Below are positions 37,553 through 47,389 of a stretch of DNA of 64,000 nt, piece by piece (the first letter of the stretch is position 1; every line of letters starts with the position of its first letter). A program made the translations under genes and the position numbers. Below the pieces are notes generated by a model. It was given only the letters and a program-made list of their open reading frames with translations, made no database searches and had not been told where the DNA came from. Source of the stretch: Chlamydiota bacterium (GTDB lineage Bacteria; Chlamydiota; Chlamydiia; Chlamydiales; RGXB01); assembly GCA_947494155.1 (NCBI GenBank), contig CANLTW010000001.1, positions 128,001-192,000 of the forward strand, written 5' to 3'.

Positions 37553-38457
37553 ACCTGGTCGTTTTTGTAATCGTCAACGCCGGATAGTATACCTGAACTT
37601 ACCATTTCTCCCCACCCCTTTTTCTTAAGAGATTTGAAGAGTTCTTTGTTGTGGGCTTTACATTCAAATATTTTTTCCCCATCTGGAGTGCAAAGGTTTA
37701 GCCTTATACGATGTTTCTCCACTTTAGGCGTGTCCAGTATGGTAAAACAATTTTTATTTTCGGGCTTTTTTGAAGCTATGACAAAACAATATTTTTCATC
37801 TTCATAACCCAAAGTTCCCCCTTTGATTTGCCGGTGCACCCTTGAGCGCTCTACTCTGACGGAAAAATGGCACCATCCTTTCCCTTTTTTGGGGCACTCC
37901 TTTGTATGAAAACAGGGGGCATGTATAAAAAAATTGTTTTCGATCAAAAAATCTCTAGCCCTAAGTAAAGATTCGTACCCGTGCATGGTGCCGGGCTCAA
38001 GAATCACAATGGTATCTTTTGTCGCTTCAATAGCGCGAAAAAGCGTATCGATCTGCTCTTTGTTGCTGAGCTCCCCAAGAGAATAGGAAAAAAGGACAAG
38101 ATCGGATGGGGGATAGAGAAAATCGTCTAAAAAATTTCGAGTCATCCATGTCACGCCTTCCATTTCACGCCGAAAACCCTCTTCTTTTTCGATATAAACG
38201 ATTTTTTCTACAAAAAGGTCTTTGAGGTGGGGGTAAGATGAACCGGGGCCACAGCCAAGCTCTAAAGCAGTTTTAAAAGTTTTTCCCTCTAGATGCGAGA
38301 AAACTTTTTTTAGCGCAGCTTCGGTCGCAGGGGTGCGAAATAGAGTGTAGGCCTCAAGCTCTTTTGTATTTTCAAATCCCTCTTTTGCCTCAAGATTGCG
38401 GTACCGTTTTTGGATCGCTAGCACATGCTCTTTAAAGGTCTTTTTTGGCTTCTCCAT
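37549..38457 (-). CDS. Rsm22/METTL17-family SAM-dependent methyltransferase-like protein
   Basis: LELGCGPG, DLVLFSYSLGEL, VILEPGTMHGY, HAPCFHTKECP...WCHF and EDEKYCF. Confidence 0.85.
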   Translation of the reverse strand: MEKPKKTFKEHVLAIQKRYRNLEAKEGFENTKELEAYTLFRTPATEAALKKVFSHLEGKTFKTALELGCGPGSSYPHLKDLFVEKIVYIEKEEGFRREMEGVTWMTRNFLDDFLYPPSDLVLFSYSLGELSNKEQIDTLFRAIEATKDTIVILEPGTMHGYESLLRARDFLIENNFFIHAPCFHTKECPKKGKGWCHFSVRVERSRVHRQIKGGTLGYEDEKYCFVIASKKPENKNCFTILDTPKVEKHRIRLNLCTPDGEKIFECKAHNKELFKSLKKKGWGEMVSSGILSGVDDYKNDQV

Positions 38458-39126
38458 CTAATCCCTTTCTGTCTGATGCCAGACAATTTCTTGGGTTTCT
38501 TTTTCTTTTAAAAAAGCGTTTATTTTAGAAAAAGGCCTGGAGCCAAAAAATCCCCGGTGTGCCGCCAGCGGGGAGGGGTGACTTGAAAGGAGGAGAAGAT
38601 GCTCAAGTGACATTTGCTCCTTTAAGGGTGCAAAAAATTTCAGAGCCTGCTGCCCCCAGAGGCAAATCGCCAAAGGTTTTTTTTGCTTTAAAAGCTCTTC
38701 CAAATAGGTGTAGACGATCTCTTGCCAACCGAGATCTTTATGGGAAAGGGGGCAACCCTCTTCAACAGTTAAGATTGTGTTGAGTAAAATCACACCCTGT
38801 TTAGCCCAGGAGGTGAGATCCCCATTTTGGGGCATGTTGCAGCCTAGATCTTCACACATCTCTTTAAAAATATTTTTCAGGGAGGGGGGGAGGGGTATAT
38901 TTTTTTTTACACTGAAGCATAATCCATCGGCCTGGTTCTTTCCGTGGTAGGGGTCCTGGCCTAGTATAAGGACTTTCACCTCATGCATAGGTGTTAAAGT
39001 AAAAGCTCTGAGCCTCATAGAGGCCTCAGGGGCGATTTTTTTCCCTTGAGCTTCTAGTGTCTCAAGCCTTTTTTCTATCCTGGCTAGCCGCTCTATTACC
39101 TTAGTATTTGAAAAAAAAACTTCCAT
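38458..39126 (-). CDS. ung: Uracil-DNA glycosylase (family 1)
   Basis: KVLILGQDPYH, GLCFSV, PPSLKNI, WAKQGVILLN and HPSPL. Confidence 0.96.
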   Translation of the reverse strand: MEVFFSNTKVIERLARIEKRLETLEAQGKKIAPEASMRLRAFTLTPMHEVKVLILGQDPYHGKNQADGLCFSVKKNIPLPPSLKNIFKEMCEDLGCNMPQNGDLTSWAKQGVILLNTILTVEEGCPLSHKDLGWQEIVYTYLEELLKQKKPLAICLWGQQALKFFAPLKEQMSLEHLLLLSSHPSPLAAHRGFFGSRPFSKINAFLKEKETQEIVWHQTERD

Positions 39127-39239
39127 TCTTCCTTTTTAGGGTCCGTCACTATTTTGCTGATGGAAAGAGTTTAAAGATTTTGTCGATTTAAATCATGAAG
39201 ATTGCTATTGTTATCCAAGTTTTAACCCAATTAGTGCGT

Positions 39240-39494
39240 ATGAAAGACCTTGTGGAGAACAATCTGGTCCGTTTTAAGAACGTGACTAAAAAACCCGAGA
39301 CAATCGTAGCCAATTTTCGCGTCAAAGGGATCCGCAAAGGGGTTTCATTTAGCGCCTCTATATCTGTGGATATCGCTGCTGCCGAACTCGATGCACAAGA
39401 GCCACTAGAAAAAATTATTGAGGAGTGTGCCCGTATAGGTGTCAGAGAATTCAAGGATGCCGAATTTCAATTTGAAGGGATTGAAAAAATTTAG
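39240..39494 (+). CDS. Small hypothetical protein
   Basis: MKDLVENNLVRFKN...; 84 aa if ATG 39240 is used (the ORF track start is 39195). Confidence 0.65.
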   Translation: MKDLVENNLVRFKNVTKKPETIVANFRVKGIRKGVSFSASISVDIAAAELDAQEPLEKIIEECARIGVREFKDAEFQFEGIEKI

Positions 39495-39503
39495 TTTTTT
39501 TAT

Positions 39504-39578
39504 CTGGGTGTAGCGCAGCTTGGTCAGCGCGTTTGACTGGGGGTCAAAAGGTCGGAGGTTCGAATCCTCTCATCCAGA
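39504..39578 (+). tRNA. tRNA-Pro(GGG)
   Basis: Acceptor stem CTGGGTG/CATCCAG, D-stem GCGC/GCGC, anticodon arm TTTGA-CTGGGGG-TCAAA, T-loop GGTTCGAATCC. Confidence 0.95.
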
Positions 39579-39679
39579 TACTTTCTTAAATCCCTCTTCC
39601 TTTATTTTACCCTCATCTTTTCCTATTATTATTTTTTATCTTTGTTGAACCCTTTTTATTCGACCCGTAAACTACATCC

Positions 39680-39950
39680 CTTTTTCAGGCTGTGGAAAAA
39701 GCTGTTCAAAGGCTGTTTAAAGATTGTTTCTCCTCTGATGACAAAAGGTCACCTGTTGATAACCCCCCCCTTTTTACACACTACTTGAACAAACTATCGA
39801 CAGGTTTTTTCCCCCTTTTTTTCGATAGTGATTCTGTTTTTTTATGAACACTTCCACAGCCCCTAAAGAAGAGAATATATACGTATTAATATACTCCTCT
39901 GTTATATTCCGATCCATGTTGCTACAATCCAATCAACAGTTTTTTCCACA
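39680..39950. promoter_or_regulatory. Probable chromosomal replication origin (oriC)
   Basis: DnaA boxes TGTGGAAAA (39691), TGTTGATAA (39754), TTTTACACA (39772), TTATGAACA+CTTCCACA (39842-39858) and TTTTCCACA (39942); GCCCC plus an A-rich tract; apparent C-rich to G-rich switch on the + strand. Confidence 0.75.
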
Positions 39951-40512
39951 AGGTTTCAAGGTCTCTTTTTATGTGGACGATTTGTTTCCGTGGGATCTTT
40001 TAGACAGGATGCAAACAGCGCTTCAACAGCTTACTCCCGCTATCTTGAGCCCTATTCGTGAAGGAGTTTATTTAGAAAATCCAGAGAGCATTCTTATCCA
40101 AGAGGGTTGTGTGATTGAACCGGGAGCGTATATTCGGGGACCCTGCTGTTTGGAAAAAGGGGTTACTGTGCGTCATGGAGCCTACATCCGAGGCAACGTG
40201 TGGGTTTGTCAAAATAGCTTGATTGGGCACGGCTCTGAAGTGAAAAATAGTTTGATAGGGGAGTCCTCTTGTCTTGCCCATTTCAATTATGTCGCCGATT
40301 CTGTGGTAGGTAAGCATGTTAACTTAGCCTCGCATGTGACTTTAGCTAACCTCAGGCTCGACGAGAAACCTGTTTTACCGATGAATCGACCTAAATTTGG
40401 TGCCGTGATAGGAGATTATGCAAAAATAGGGTGTCATGTGGTTTTAAATCCGGGAAAACAGATTTTGCCCCGAACAAAAATCCATCTGCACCAACAATTA
40501 GTAACAATTTAA
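39916..40512 (+). CDS. GlmU-related hexapeptide-repeat (left-handed beta-helix) acyltransferase
   Basis: IEPGAYIRGP, VRHGAYIRGN, IGHGSEVKNS, AHFNYVADSVVG, LANLRLD and KFGAVIGD. Start moved from 39844 (inside the oriC boxes) to 39916. Confidence 0.85.
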   Translation: MLLQSNQQFFPQGFKVSFYVDDLFPWDLLDRMQTALQQLTPAILSPIREGVYLENPESILIQEGCVIEPGAYIRGPCCLEKGVTVRHGAYIRGNVWVCQNSLIGHGSEVKNSLIGESSCLAHFNYVADSVVGKHVNLASHVTLANLRLDEKPVLPMNRPKFGAVIGDYAKIGCHVVLNPGKQILPRTKIHLHQQLVTI

Positions 40513-40541
40513 CAATTTTCTTTAAGTCAGGTAATTGAGCT

Positions 40542-41399
40542 ATGAAAGAGGCATTTGAAAAAGCTTTGTTTTTAGAGGTTGCGTCGTGGGAAAACTCCCG
40601 GCTTAAAGAGGCTGCCCTTTATGCTCTTGAGGGGGAAGCAAAAAGAATCCGTCCCCTTACCGCTTTTTTAATTGCTAATACCCTTTCACCCGGATTTGAT
40701 AACTACCATCCCTTGATTGCTTTGGAGCTGGCACACACTAGCTCTTTGATTTTGGATGATCTCCCTATGATGGATGATGCCAAGCAAAGAAGAGGTAAAC
40801 CTGCATTGCACATTCGCTTTAATCAGCAAGAAGCCCTTTTAACTGCCGTAGGATTGATTTCTGAAAGCTTTAGGCAGTTGCAGTTGGCCGCGACAAGAAT
40901 GAACGATTCTAAAAGAGAAAAAGAGTGTTTTCACATTTTGCAAAATGCTCTAGTAACTACAACAGAAGCGGGTGGGTTGAGTGGAGCCCCTTTGGGTCAA
41001 TGGATGGATTTGACCCTTTCTCATGAGATTCACCATCCTCTTTTAACCATGATGCAAAAAAAAACGGGGGTGTTTTTTTCCTCCTCTTTCATTTTAGGAT
41101 GGATTTTTGGAGGGGGAGATTTAGAAAAAGTGCCGCTAGTAAAAGAAGCAGCCTATGTTTTTGGCATAATTTTTCAGCTTATGGATGATTTCATCGATCT
41201 TGAGGAGGATAGAAAAGAGCGACCGTTTGCGAATTATGTTTTGCAAAATTCAGAAACGGCCGCCCTTGAGTTTTTAGAAGAATTGAAGCAGCGCCTTGCG
41301 GCGCTCCTTTCCAATTTAGGCTTATCTAAACTTCAGCAAGTTCTTTTGGAGCCTCTGGAGAATCTTCTGTCGCTCCACCGATCGCTTCTACGTGGCTGA
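40542..41399 (+). CDS. ispA: Polyprenyl synthetase (farnesyl/geranylgeranyl diphosphate synthase)
   Basis: [33 protein letters not shown] and FQLMDDFID. Confidence 0.9.
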   Translation: MKEAFEKALFLEVASWENSRLKEAALYALEGEAKRIRPLTAFLIANTLSPGFDNYHPLIALELAHTSSLILDDLPMMDDAKQRRGKPALHIRFNQQEALLTAVGLISESFRQLQLAATRMNDSKREKECFHILQNALVTTTEAGGLSGAPLGQWMDLTLSHEIHHPLLTMMQKKTGVFFSSSFILGWIFGGGDLEKVPLVKEAAYVFGIIFQLMDDFIDLEEDRKERPFANYVLQNSETAALEFLEELKQRLAALLSNLGLSKLQQVLLEPLENLLSLHRSLLRG

Positions 41400-42402
41400 G
41401 CTTTGAGGATCCGTTTTGTAGAATCATCTTTTCCAGTTCTGTTGTGAGCTCTTCATTCTTTTTAAGCTCCACACGCATCATCTCTCGTCCCTGAAAACGG
41501 TTCCCCTTGAAGGCAAGCCATGTCCCTTTCTTTTCGACAAGCCCCATCTCGACACCGATATCGATAGCGGAGCCGTGGCGGGAGATCCCCTCATTGAAAA
41601 GAATATCAAATTCTGCAGAACGGAAAGGGGGAGCCAGTTTATTTTTTACAACCTTGGCTTTGACTCTGTTTCCGGTCTCTATGTTATCGCTCCCTTTGAT
41701 CGTATTCACCTTGCGGATATCGATCCTGATGGAAGAGTAAAACTTAAGAGCGCGGCCGCCGGTAGTTGTCTCCGGATTGCCGAACATGATCCCCACTTTT
41801 TCACGCAGCTGGTTAATAAAAATAGCGCAAGTGTTGCTTTTGGCCAAAGTAGAGGTGAGCTTTCGTAGAGCTTGCGACATCAAGCGGGCTTGCAAACCCA
41901 CGTGCGTATCTCCAATCTCCCCCTCAAGTTCGTTTTTCGGAACAAGAGCAGCAACCGAATCGATAACGATCACATCTACAGCATTCGAGCGTGCTAAAAT
42001 TTCGGCGATATTCAGCGCCTCTTCACCCGAATCGGGTTGCGAGATGAGAAGATCGTCCAGTTTTACTCCAATCTTAGCGGCATAGGAGGGATCGAGCGCG
42101 TGCTCGGCATCGATATAGGCTGCTGTCCCCCCCATTTTTTGGCAGTTAGCCACAATATGGGTAGCTAAGGTAGACTTACCTGAAGATTCAGGACCGTAGA
42201 TTTCAACGATACGACCTCTAGGCACACCCCCGATACCAAGGGCTATATCTAAAGCGACGGAACCTGTCGGGATGGTTTGGATTTGGCGTTGTGCCGAGTG
42301 TTTTCCAAGGGACATGATGGACCCTTCACCGAACTGTTTTTCGATGTGCTGTCTAGCTAATTCAAGCGCTTTTTTGCGCCCTTCATTTTGCGGTATAGAC
42401 AT
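41326..42402 (-). CDS. recA: Recombinase RecA
   Basis: [38 protein letters not shown] and [10 protein letters not shown]. Confidence 0.98.
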   Translation of the reverse strand: MSIPQNEGRKKALELARQHIEKQFGEGSIMSLGKHSAQRQIQTIPTGSVALDIALGIGGVPRGRIVEIYGPESSGKSTLATHIVANCQKMGGTAAYIDAEHALDPSYAAKIGVKLDDLLISQPDSGEEALNIAEILARSNAVDVIVIDSVAALVPKNELEGEIGDTHVGLQARLMSQALRKLTSTLAKSNTCAIFINQLREKVGIMFGNPETTTGGRALKFYSSIRIDIRKVNTIKGSDNIETGNRVKAKVVKNKLAPPFRSAEFDILFNEGISRHGSAIDIGVEMGLVEKKGTWLAFKGNRFQGREMMRVELKKNEELTTELEKMILQNGSSKLSHVEAIGGATEDSPEAPKELAEV

Positions 42403-42461
42403 AAATGACTCCCTATTGAATAAAGGAGAATTATACGGGATTTACCTAAGGATAGCAAGTC

Positions 42462-43301
42462 ATGCAGCCTGTTTATATAGGGATGGATATTGGAGGAACA
42501 CATATTCGAGTTCTAAAAAATCAGACAAGAACAGTATTAAAAACGGCCGATTTTCAGGATTTTATGGATGTAATCGATTTATTGGTGCAGCCCTCGATCC
42601 CGACAGACATTGTCTGTGCATTAGCCGGACCTATCGATCATGAAGGGGGGGTATCTCCACCTAATATAAAAAAATGGGGAAGGGTTGATCCCAAAAAGAT
42701 AGAAAAAAAGTTTCCTCAGGTGAAAATCCGATTCATCAACGATTTGGTAGCCCATGCCCATGGATTAGAGCATGCGGAGCAAAAAGATCTCCACCTTTTG
42801 AAGAAAGGCTCTATGCCCGATGGAAAAAAAATTCTCCTTATTGCGCCGGGGACAGGTCTTGGTGTTGCCTTCAAAGATCATGCGCACGTATATCCATCCG
42901 AAGCGGGACATATCGATTGCCCAGCTTATGGGCAGGAGGGGGAAAAAGTGTACCAGAATATGTTAAAAAAATATGGGCATGTCTCTTATGAAAGGATCGT
43001 ATCCGGTCCAGGTTTAGAGGAGATAAATCAGATCTTGAATACGAAAGGTGTGCAACCCCTGTTTACCCAAAATCTGGCGAGATTTATAGCAAACATGACC
43101 GTTACTTTTTTGCCCGAGACAATCTTTTTAGGCGGGGGAATACTCATGCATCGCCTTGAGGAGATCGATAGAGCCCTTTTTAATGAGGCACTTTTAGATC
43201 AAGGGCGTTTTAAAGAGCTTGTTAACCGCCCGAATATCTATGTAGTTTTAGACGAATTCACCGCTTTAAAGGGGGCGTATTCCTTGGTTCACCCCAAATA
43301 A
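42462..43301 (+). CDS. glk: Glucokinase
   Basis: DIGGTH, ALAGP, INDLVA, PGTGLG, PSEAGH, ERIVSGPGL and LGGGI. Confidence 0.88.
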   Translation: MQPVYIGMDIGGTHIRVLKNQTRTVLKTADFQDFMDVIDLLVQPSIPTDIVCALAGPIDHEGGVSPPNIKKWGRVDPKKIEKKFPQVKIRFINDLVAHAHGLEHAEQKDLHLLKKGSMPDGKKILLIAPGTGLGVAFKDHAHVYPSEAGHIDCPAYGQEGEKVYQNMLKKYGHVSYERIVSGPGLEEINQILNTKGVQPLFTQNLARFIANMTVTFLPETIFLGGGILMHRLEEIDRALFNEALLDQGRFKELVNRPNIYVVLDEFTALKGAYSLVHPK

Positions 43302-43434
43302 AGCCGATTTTGAAGAGAAAAAAAGAAAGATTTTTCCTGTTTTGCTAAAAAAGGGTTTAGAAAAAAAAGGCAAAAACGTATACCTGATAATCACGATAAG
43401 TTTTTCACTCTTATAGATTTAGATGGGTATAAAG

Positions 43435-44541
43435 ATGAGTATAAAAAAATTAGGACTCCTATTTGGATTAGTAGGGGTGTTCAGTGGAGTTTTTGCTGGA
43501 GACGATAACTCCTGCAAAAAAGAGGGTAAAGACAAAAAGATGCAGGATTGCTCAAGCCTTTGTTTTGCCGGACCACATTTGGACGAGGATAATGCTATCA
43601 ATGTAATGGGTGCTGCGATTTATGGAGTGGCAAATGCTCAAGCAACTGAGGTAGCCCTCTATACAACTAGCCGTACTAACGCAAATTTTCCGGAAGGTGG
43701 ACAAGGGATCAACCCTTATGAAAACCCGGCTTGGGGATTCAAAGTGGGGTTAGGATACAGAGCAACCCATGATGATTGGCAAATTCAGGGGCGTTATACC
43801 TGGTTTAAATCTACCTACAACGGATCCTATGATACCGCATATGGTGGAGGCTATTTTCCCTCTTTTTACGCAAATTCTGCTGTAGATACTAACCCGGCTA
43901 ACGTATATGGGACCGTCACTTTGTATAACAACGTACAATACGGTACATATACCCTTTTACAGGCTTTGAATGTTTACCTTTTTAGACCAACACTTGTAAC
44001 AGCGCTGTTGGAAATTTCACCCTATTTTGGTGTAGATTATATCAATACAACACGTCGTCAAGTGGTCGTTTTCACTAACGATATCAACGCAAGCAGTGTC
44101 TATGCAAACGGGGGCTTTTTTAGAACGTACGATAAAAACCAAACCTGGGGCGTTGGCCCTATGGCGGGTGTAAGCTCTAATTGGTATTTAGGTTATGATG
44201 TGGGTATCTACGCTGATGGCTATTTTGGTGTAACCTACGGAAATGCCCGTTCTTTCTCTCAAAGTTTTGCGCTAAGATCAACTGGAACCAATCCGGCTTC
44301 CAATTCGCAAATCGCAAACTCACTATATCAATATGCCCCACACATGAATGTCCAATTAGGGTTTAATTGGAGTCATACATTTGACAATGAGAGGGCAGCA
44401 GCGAGCTTTAAAGCTGGTTATGAGTCTCAGTACTTTTTCCAAGTCAATAAAACGCTTTTTAACAGTGTTGGATACTTTGCAACCAATGGCGCAGGTATTG
44501 GTTTACAAAACCTCGTCCTTCAAGTGCAGGTCGATTTCTAA
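43435..44541 (+). CDS. MOMP-like outer-membrane beta-barrel protein (Legionella OMP/Lpg1974-like), paralog 1
   Basis: Signal peptide, Cys motif, WGFKVGLGY, DDW, WGVGP, GYE and C-terminal GIGLQNLVLQVQVDF. Alternative start at 43423. Confidence 0.85.
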   Translation: MSIKKLGLLFGLVGVFSGVFAGDDNSCKKEGKDKKMQDCSSLCFAGPHLDEDNAINVMGAAIYGVANAQATEVALYTTSRTNANFPEGGQGINPYENPAWGFKVGLGYRATHDDWQIQGRYTWFKSTYNGSYDTAYGGGYFPSFYANSAVDTNPANVYGTVTLYNNVQYGTYTLLQALNVYLFRPTLVTALLEISPYFGVDYINTTRRQVVVFTNDINASSVYANGGFFRTYDKNQTWGVGPMAGVSSNWYLGYDVGIYADGYFGVTYGNARSFSQSFALRSTGTNPASNSQIANSLYQYAPHMNVQLGFNWSHTFDNERAAASFKAGYESQYFFQVNKTLFNSVGYFATNGAGIGLQNLVLQVQVDF

Positions 44542-44566
44542 AGTTAAAGGCTAGGAAATTCTCTAG

Positions 44567-44595
44567 AAAAGCCCCTAAATCTAGGGGCTTTTTTT
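44567..44595 (+). terminator. Rho-independent terminator
   Basis: AAAAGCCCCTA-AATC-TAGGGGCTTTT followed by a T run. Confidence 0.85.
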
Positions 44596-44769
44596 ATTTA
44601 ACTACTTATTGATACGATAAAATTTCTAACTAGTTAAACAGGAATCGGTTAAATAGAAAGGGATCAGAAAAGTTTTTTAAAAAAATGTTTCAAAAAAAAG
44701 TTTTTTCCTTTAAAAAAGAAAAAACTAACAAGGTACTTTTTAGTACAACAACTCTATTCGAGGTAAAGG

Positions 44770-45912
44770 ATGAACTTACGTTATTTGAAGCAACTCCCTA
44801 TATGGATAACAACTTTAGGGCTATTTGCAGGGACAAGCGATCGAAAAACAGCCATGCAAGAGTATAATCCTGCGGATTGCGCAGACCTTTGCTGGAGAGC
44901 CACGGGTCTTGAATGTGACGAATCTTGGGATATTAACGCAGGAGCTATCTATTTTCAAGCTAGAGCGCAGGGGGTAGATATTGCTGTAATAACTCAGGAT
45001 CGTAACAATTCTTTGTTTCCTGTAAATGGTATCGGTGTACAACCTGAAGAATCTCTTTGGTGGGGATTCAAGATCGGGGGAGGCTATAAATTATTTAGAC
45101 AAGACTGGAGATTGACTCTAGACTACACCTTTTTTAACTCGGTCACGAATTCAGAATTATCAACAAGCTACGGTTCGGCGTTTGTCCCTTCAATATACAA
45201 TAACCAGTTCATTGGGGTGGGAATTCAACAAAACTTTCAGCTTTTTAACAACTTAGAGGTGGGGACACGAAACGTCATCAACAATGTCCAGCTATGTGCA
45301 ACAAGGCCCACCTATATTGACAAAAGGGTAGAGCTTTCCCCATTTTACGGACTAGATCTCTCCTTTTTAACCAGAAGGACCGTGAGCGTTTTCTCTAACG
45401 ACTTCATACCAGGGGTAACGTATCAAAGATATCCTACATCAGGTGGTGGATTTTATCAAACATACCAAAAATGGAGCTGGTGGGGTATTGGTCCTTGTGT
45501 TGGGCTAGCCACTAAATGGTTTTTAGACTACGATATCAGCGTCTACGGAGATGTTTACGGATCGGTAAATTATGGATCTAGCCGTTGTAGAGTCTCCTCT
45601 TTTTCTAGACCGGCATTGAGCTTGGCTTTTGCTTCACAAACACTATCTTCTGCAGGATTTTCTGTACCACAAGAGGCGGTAATTGATAATACACTTTTTC
45701 AATTTGCTCCAGAATTTTCCTACCAATTGGGCTTTAACTGGTCTAAATTGACTGAAGAAAAAGATCTTCTTCTCCAATTTAATCTTGGGTATGAAGCCAC
45801 ATACTTTTTTAATATTATTAAAACTGTTTCTCCTCAATTGGGTTACAAAATTGAAGATGGGGCAGGAATAGGAATCCAGGGCTTGGTACTTCAAGCTTTC
45901 TTAGATTTTTAA
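44770..45912 (+). CDS. MOMP-like outer-membrane beta-barrel protein, paralog 2
   Basis: SD GAGGT; motifs WGFKIGGGY, WWGIGP, LGYE and GIGIQGLVLQAFLDF. Confidence 0.85.
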   Translation: MNLRYLKQLPIWITTLGLFAGTSDRKTAMQEYNPADCADLCWRATGLECDESWDINAGAIYFQARAQGVDIAVITQDRNNSLFPVNGIGVQPEESLWWGFKIGGGYKLFRQDWRLTLDYTFFNSVTNSELSTSYGSAFVPSIYNNQFIGVGIQQNFQLFNNLEVGTRNVINNVQLCATRPTYIDKRVELSPFYGLDLSFLTRRTVSVFSNDFIPGVTYQRYPTSGGGFYQTYQKWSWWGIGPCVGLATKWFLDYDISVYGDVYGSVNYGSSRCRVSSFSRPALSLAFASQTLSSAGFSVPQEAVIDNTLFQFAPEFSYQLGFNWSKLTEEKDLLLQFNLGYEATYFFNIIKTVSPQLGYKIEDGAGIGIQGLVLQAFLDF

Positions 45913-45935
45913 ACACTATTAAAAATTATAAAAAT

Positions 45936-45968
45936 AAGCGGGTCATAAATAAGTGGCCCGTTTTTTTT
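45936..45968 (+). terminator. Rho-independent terminator
   Basis: GCGGGTCAT-AAATAA-GTGGCCCGT followed by a T run. Confidence 0.75.
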
Positions 45969-46098
45969 AGAGAAAATGGAAAAAATAAAAGAAAAATTCG
46001 GCTTTTTTAAAAAAACAGTTTTAAAAATTCTTAATTTTTCTTATAGGGGGTTTAAAAACTAAGCCATTGCTTTACCTTTTTAACCCATGAGAGGAAAA

Positions 46099-47214
46099 AT
46101 GAAAAAATATAGCCTTAACAAAATACCGATGATCCTAGCATCATTGGGTCTTTTTGCTGGCATCCAAGCAGAAGATACAACCCTAGACAAGATACCCGCA
46201 GACTGTTCAAGTCTGTGTGCAGATAAACCCAATTTTGATTGCTCGAAAGATTTCGAGATCATGGGTGCTGCAGTCTATGAGCAGGTACGTGTCCAAGGGG
46301 GAGAGCCTGCATTTATAAGTTATGATAGAAACCAGACGTTATTTCCTGTAAACGGTTTTGGTGTCCAACAACCAGAATTTGGTTCTTGGGGATTCAAATT
46401 GGGCGCAGCCTATAATGGGTGGTCGGATGATTGGAGAACAGGAGTGAAATATTTTTATTTCCAAGCGATCTCTGATTCTATAGTACAAAATGCGTACGGA
46501 TCTGTTTTCATCCCTTCAGTGTATGCGAACCAGTTTGTTGATAACAACTTCAAGCAAACAGCTACCGGTTTTGCTAACTTGCAGCTGGGGAATAAAACAA
46601 CAATAAATGATATTAAGGTTTTTCTAGGAAGACCTACCCTAATTACAGGTAGAGTATCAGTTGATACTTACAGTACAGTTGAAGCAACGATCATCTCCAG
46701 AAGACAAATACAGTTTTATACAAATGATGTAATTGCAGGCGTTGCCCCTATTGCAGCTAACGCCCAAAGGTATTCTACAAATATTGGTGGATACTTTCAA
46801 AACTATCAAAAATATACTTGGTGGGGAGTAGGACCGGGCGTAGGTGCAAAAGCAAACTATATGCTTGGGAAGGGTGTAAGCGTTTATTGTGACGGATCAG
46901 GTTCATTGAAATATGGACTGATCTCTACAAGAACTTCAACACTATCGTCACCAAAATTGGATCCGGCAGGTAACGAAGCTTTAATGTTGAGCAACCTTTA
47001 TCAGTTCTCACCAGGATTAGATTTTGAGTTAGGCTTTTCATGGTCTTATACTTTTGATGAAGATCAAACAAGAGTTAGATTCAATATTGCTTATGAAAGC
47101 GGATTTTATTTCTTCTCTATGAGAACACCGGTTCCTGATATCAATACTAGAGCTGAAAACGGTGCTGGATTAGGCCTGCAAGGGCTAGTCTTGGAGGCAG
47201 CAATAGAATTCTAG
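46099..47214 (+). CDS. MOMP-like outer-membrane beta-barrel protein, paralog 3
   Basis: SD GAGGA before ATG 46099; FQNYQKYTWWGVGP and GLGLQGLVLEAAIEF. Confidence 0.85.
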   Translation: MKKYSLNKIPMILASLGLFAGIQAEDTTLDKIPADCSSLCADKPNFDCSKDFEIMGAAVYEQVRVQGGEPAFISYDRNQTLFPVNGFGVQQPEFGSWGFKLGAAYNGWSDDWRTGVKYFYFQAISDSIVQNAYGSVFIPSVYANQFVDNNFKQTATGFANLQLGNKTTINDIKVFLGRPTLITGRVSVDTYSTVEATIISRRQIQFYTNDVIAGVAPIAANAQRYSTNIGGYFQNYQKYTWWGVGPGVGAKANYMLGKGVSVYCDGSGSLKYGLISTRTSTLSSPKLDPAGNEALMLSNLYQFSPGLDFELGFSWSYTFDEDQTRVRFNIAYESGFYFFSMRTPVPDINTRAENGAGLGLQGLVLEAAIEF

Positions 47215-47235
47215 TAAACTCTTAGAAATTTTTAC

Positions 47236-47269
47236 AAAAAAATGGAGATCGTTTTGGTCTCCATTTTTT
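47236..47269 (+). terminator. Rho-independent terminator
   Basis: AAAAAATGGAGATCG-TTT-TGGTCTCCATTTTTT. Confidence 0.8.
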
Positions 47270-47308
47270 ATTTAAATAAATTAAAAAAAATTTTTTCAAA
47301 AAAAACTA

Positions 47309-47337
47309 TTTACAATTCTTTTTTTTTAGATTATAGG
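47309..47337 (+). promoter_or_regulatory. Candidate sigma66-type promoter of porin paralog 4
   Basis: TTTACA-17 bp-TATAGG; a TATAGG also lies at the equivalent place before paralog 3 (46042). Confidence 0.35.
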
Positions 47338-47389
47338 TAGATTAAAAAATAAAGCCGTAGCTTAACCATTAACCTTTTTGAGGTAAACA

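Noticed and set aside
39844..39915. N-terminal extension of the GlmU-like ORF
   Set aside because: It overlaps the DnaA-box/unwinding module; ATG 39916 is the more plausible start.
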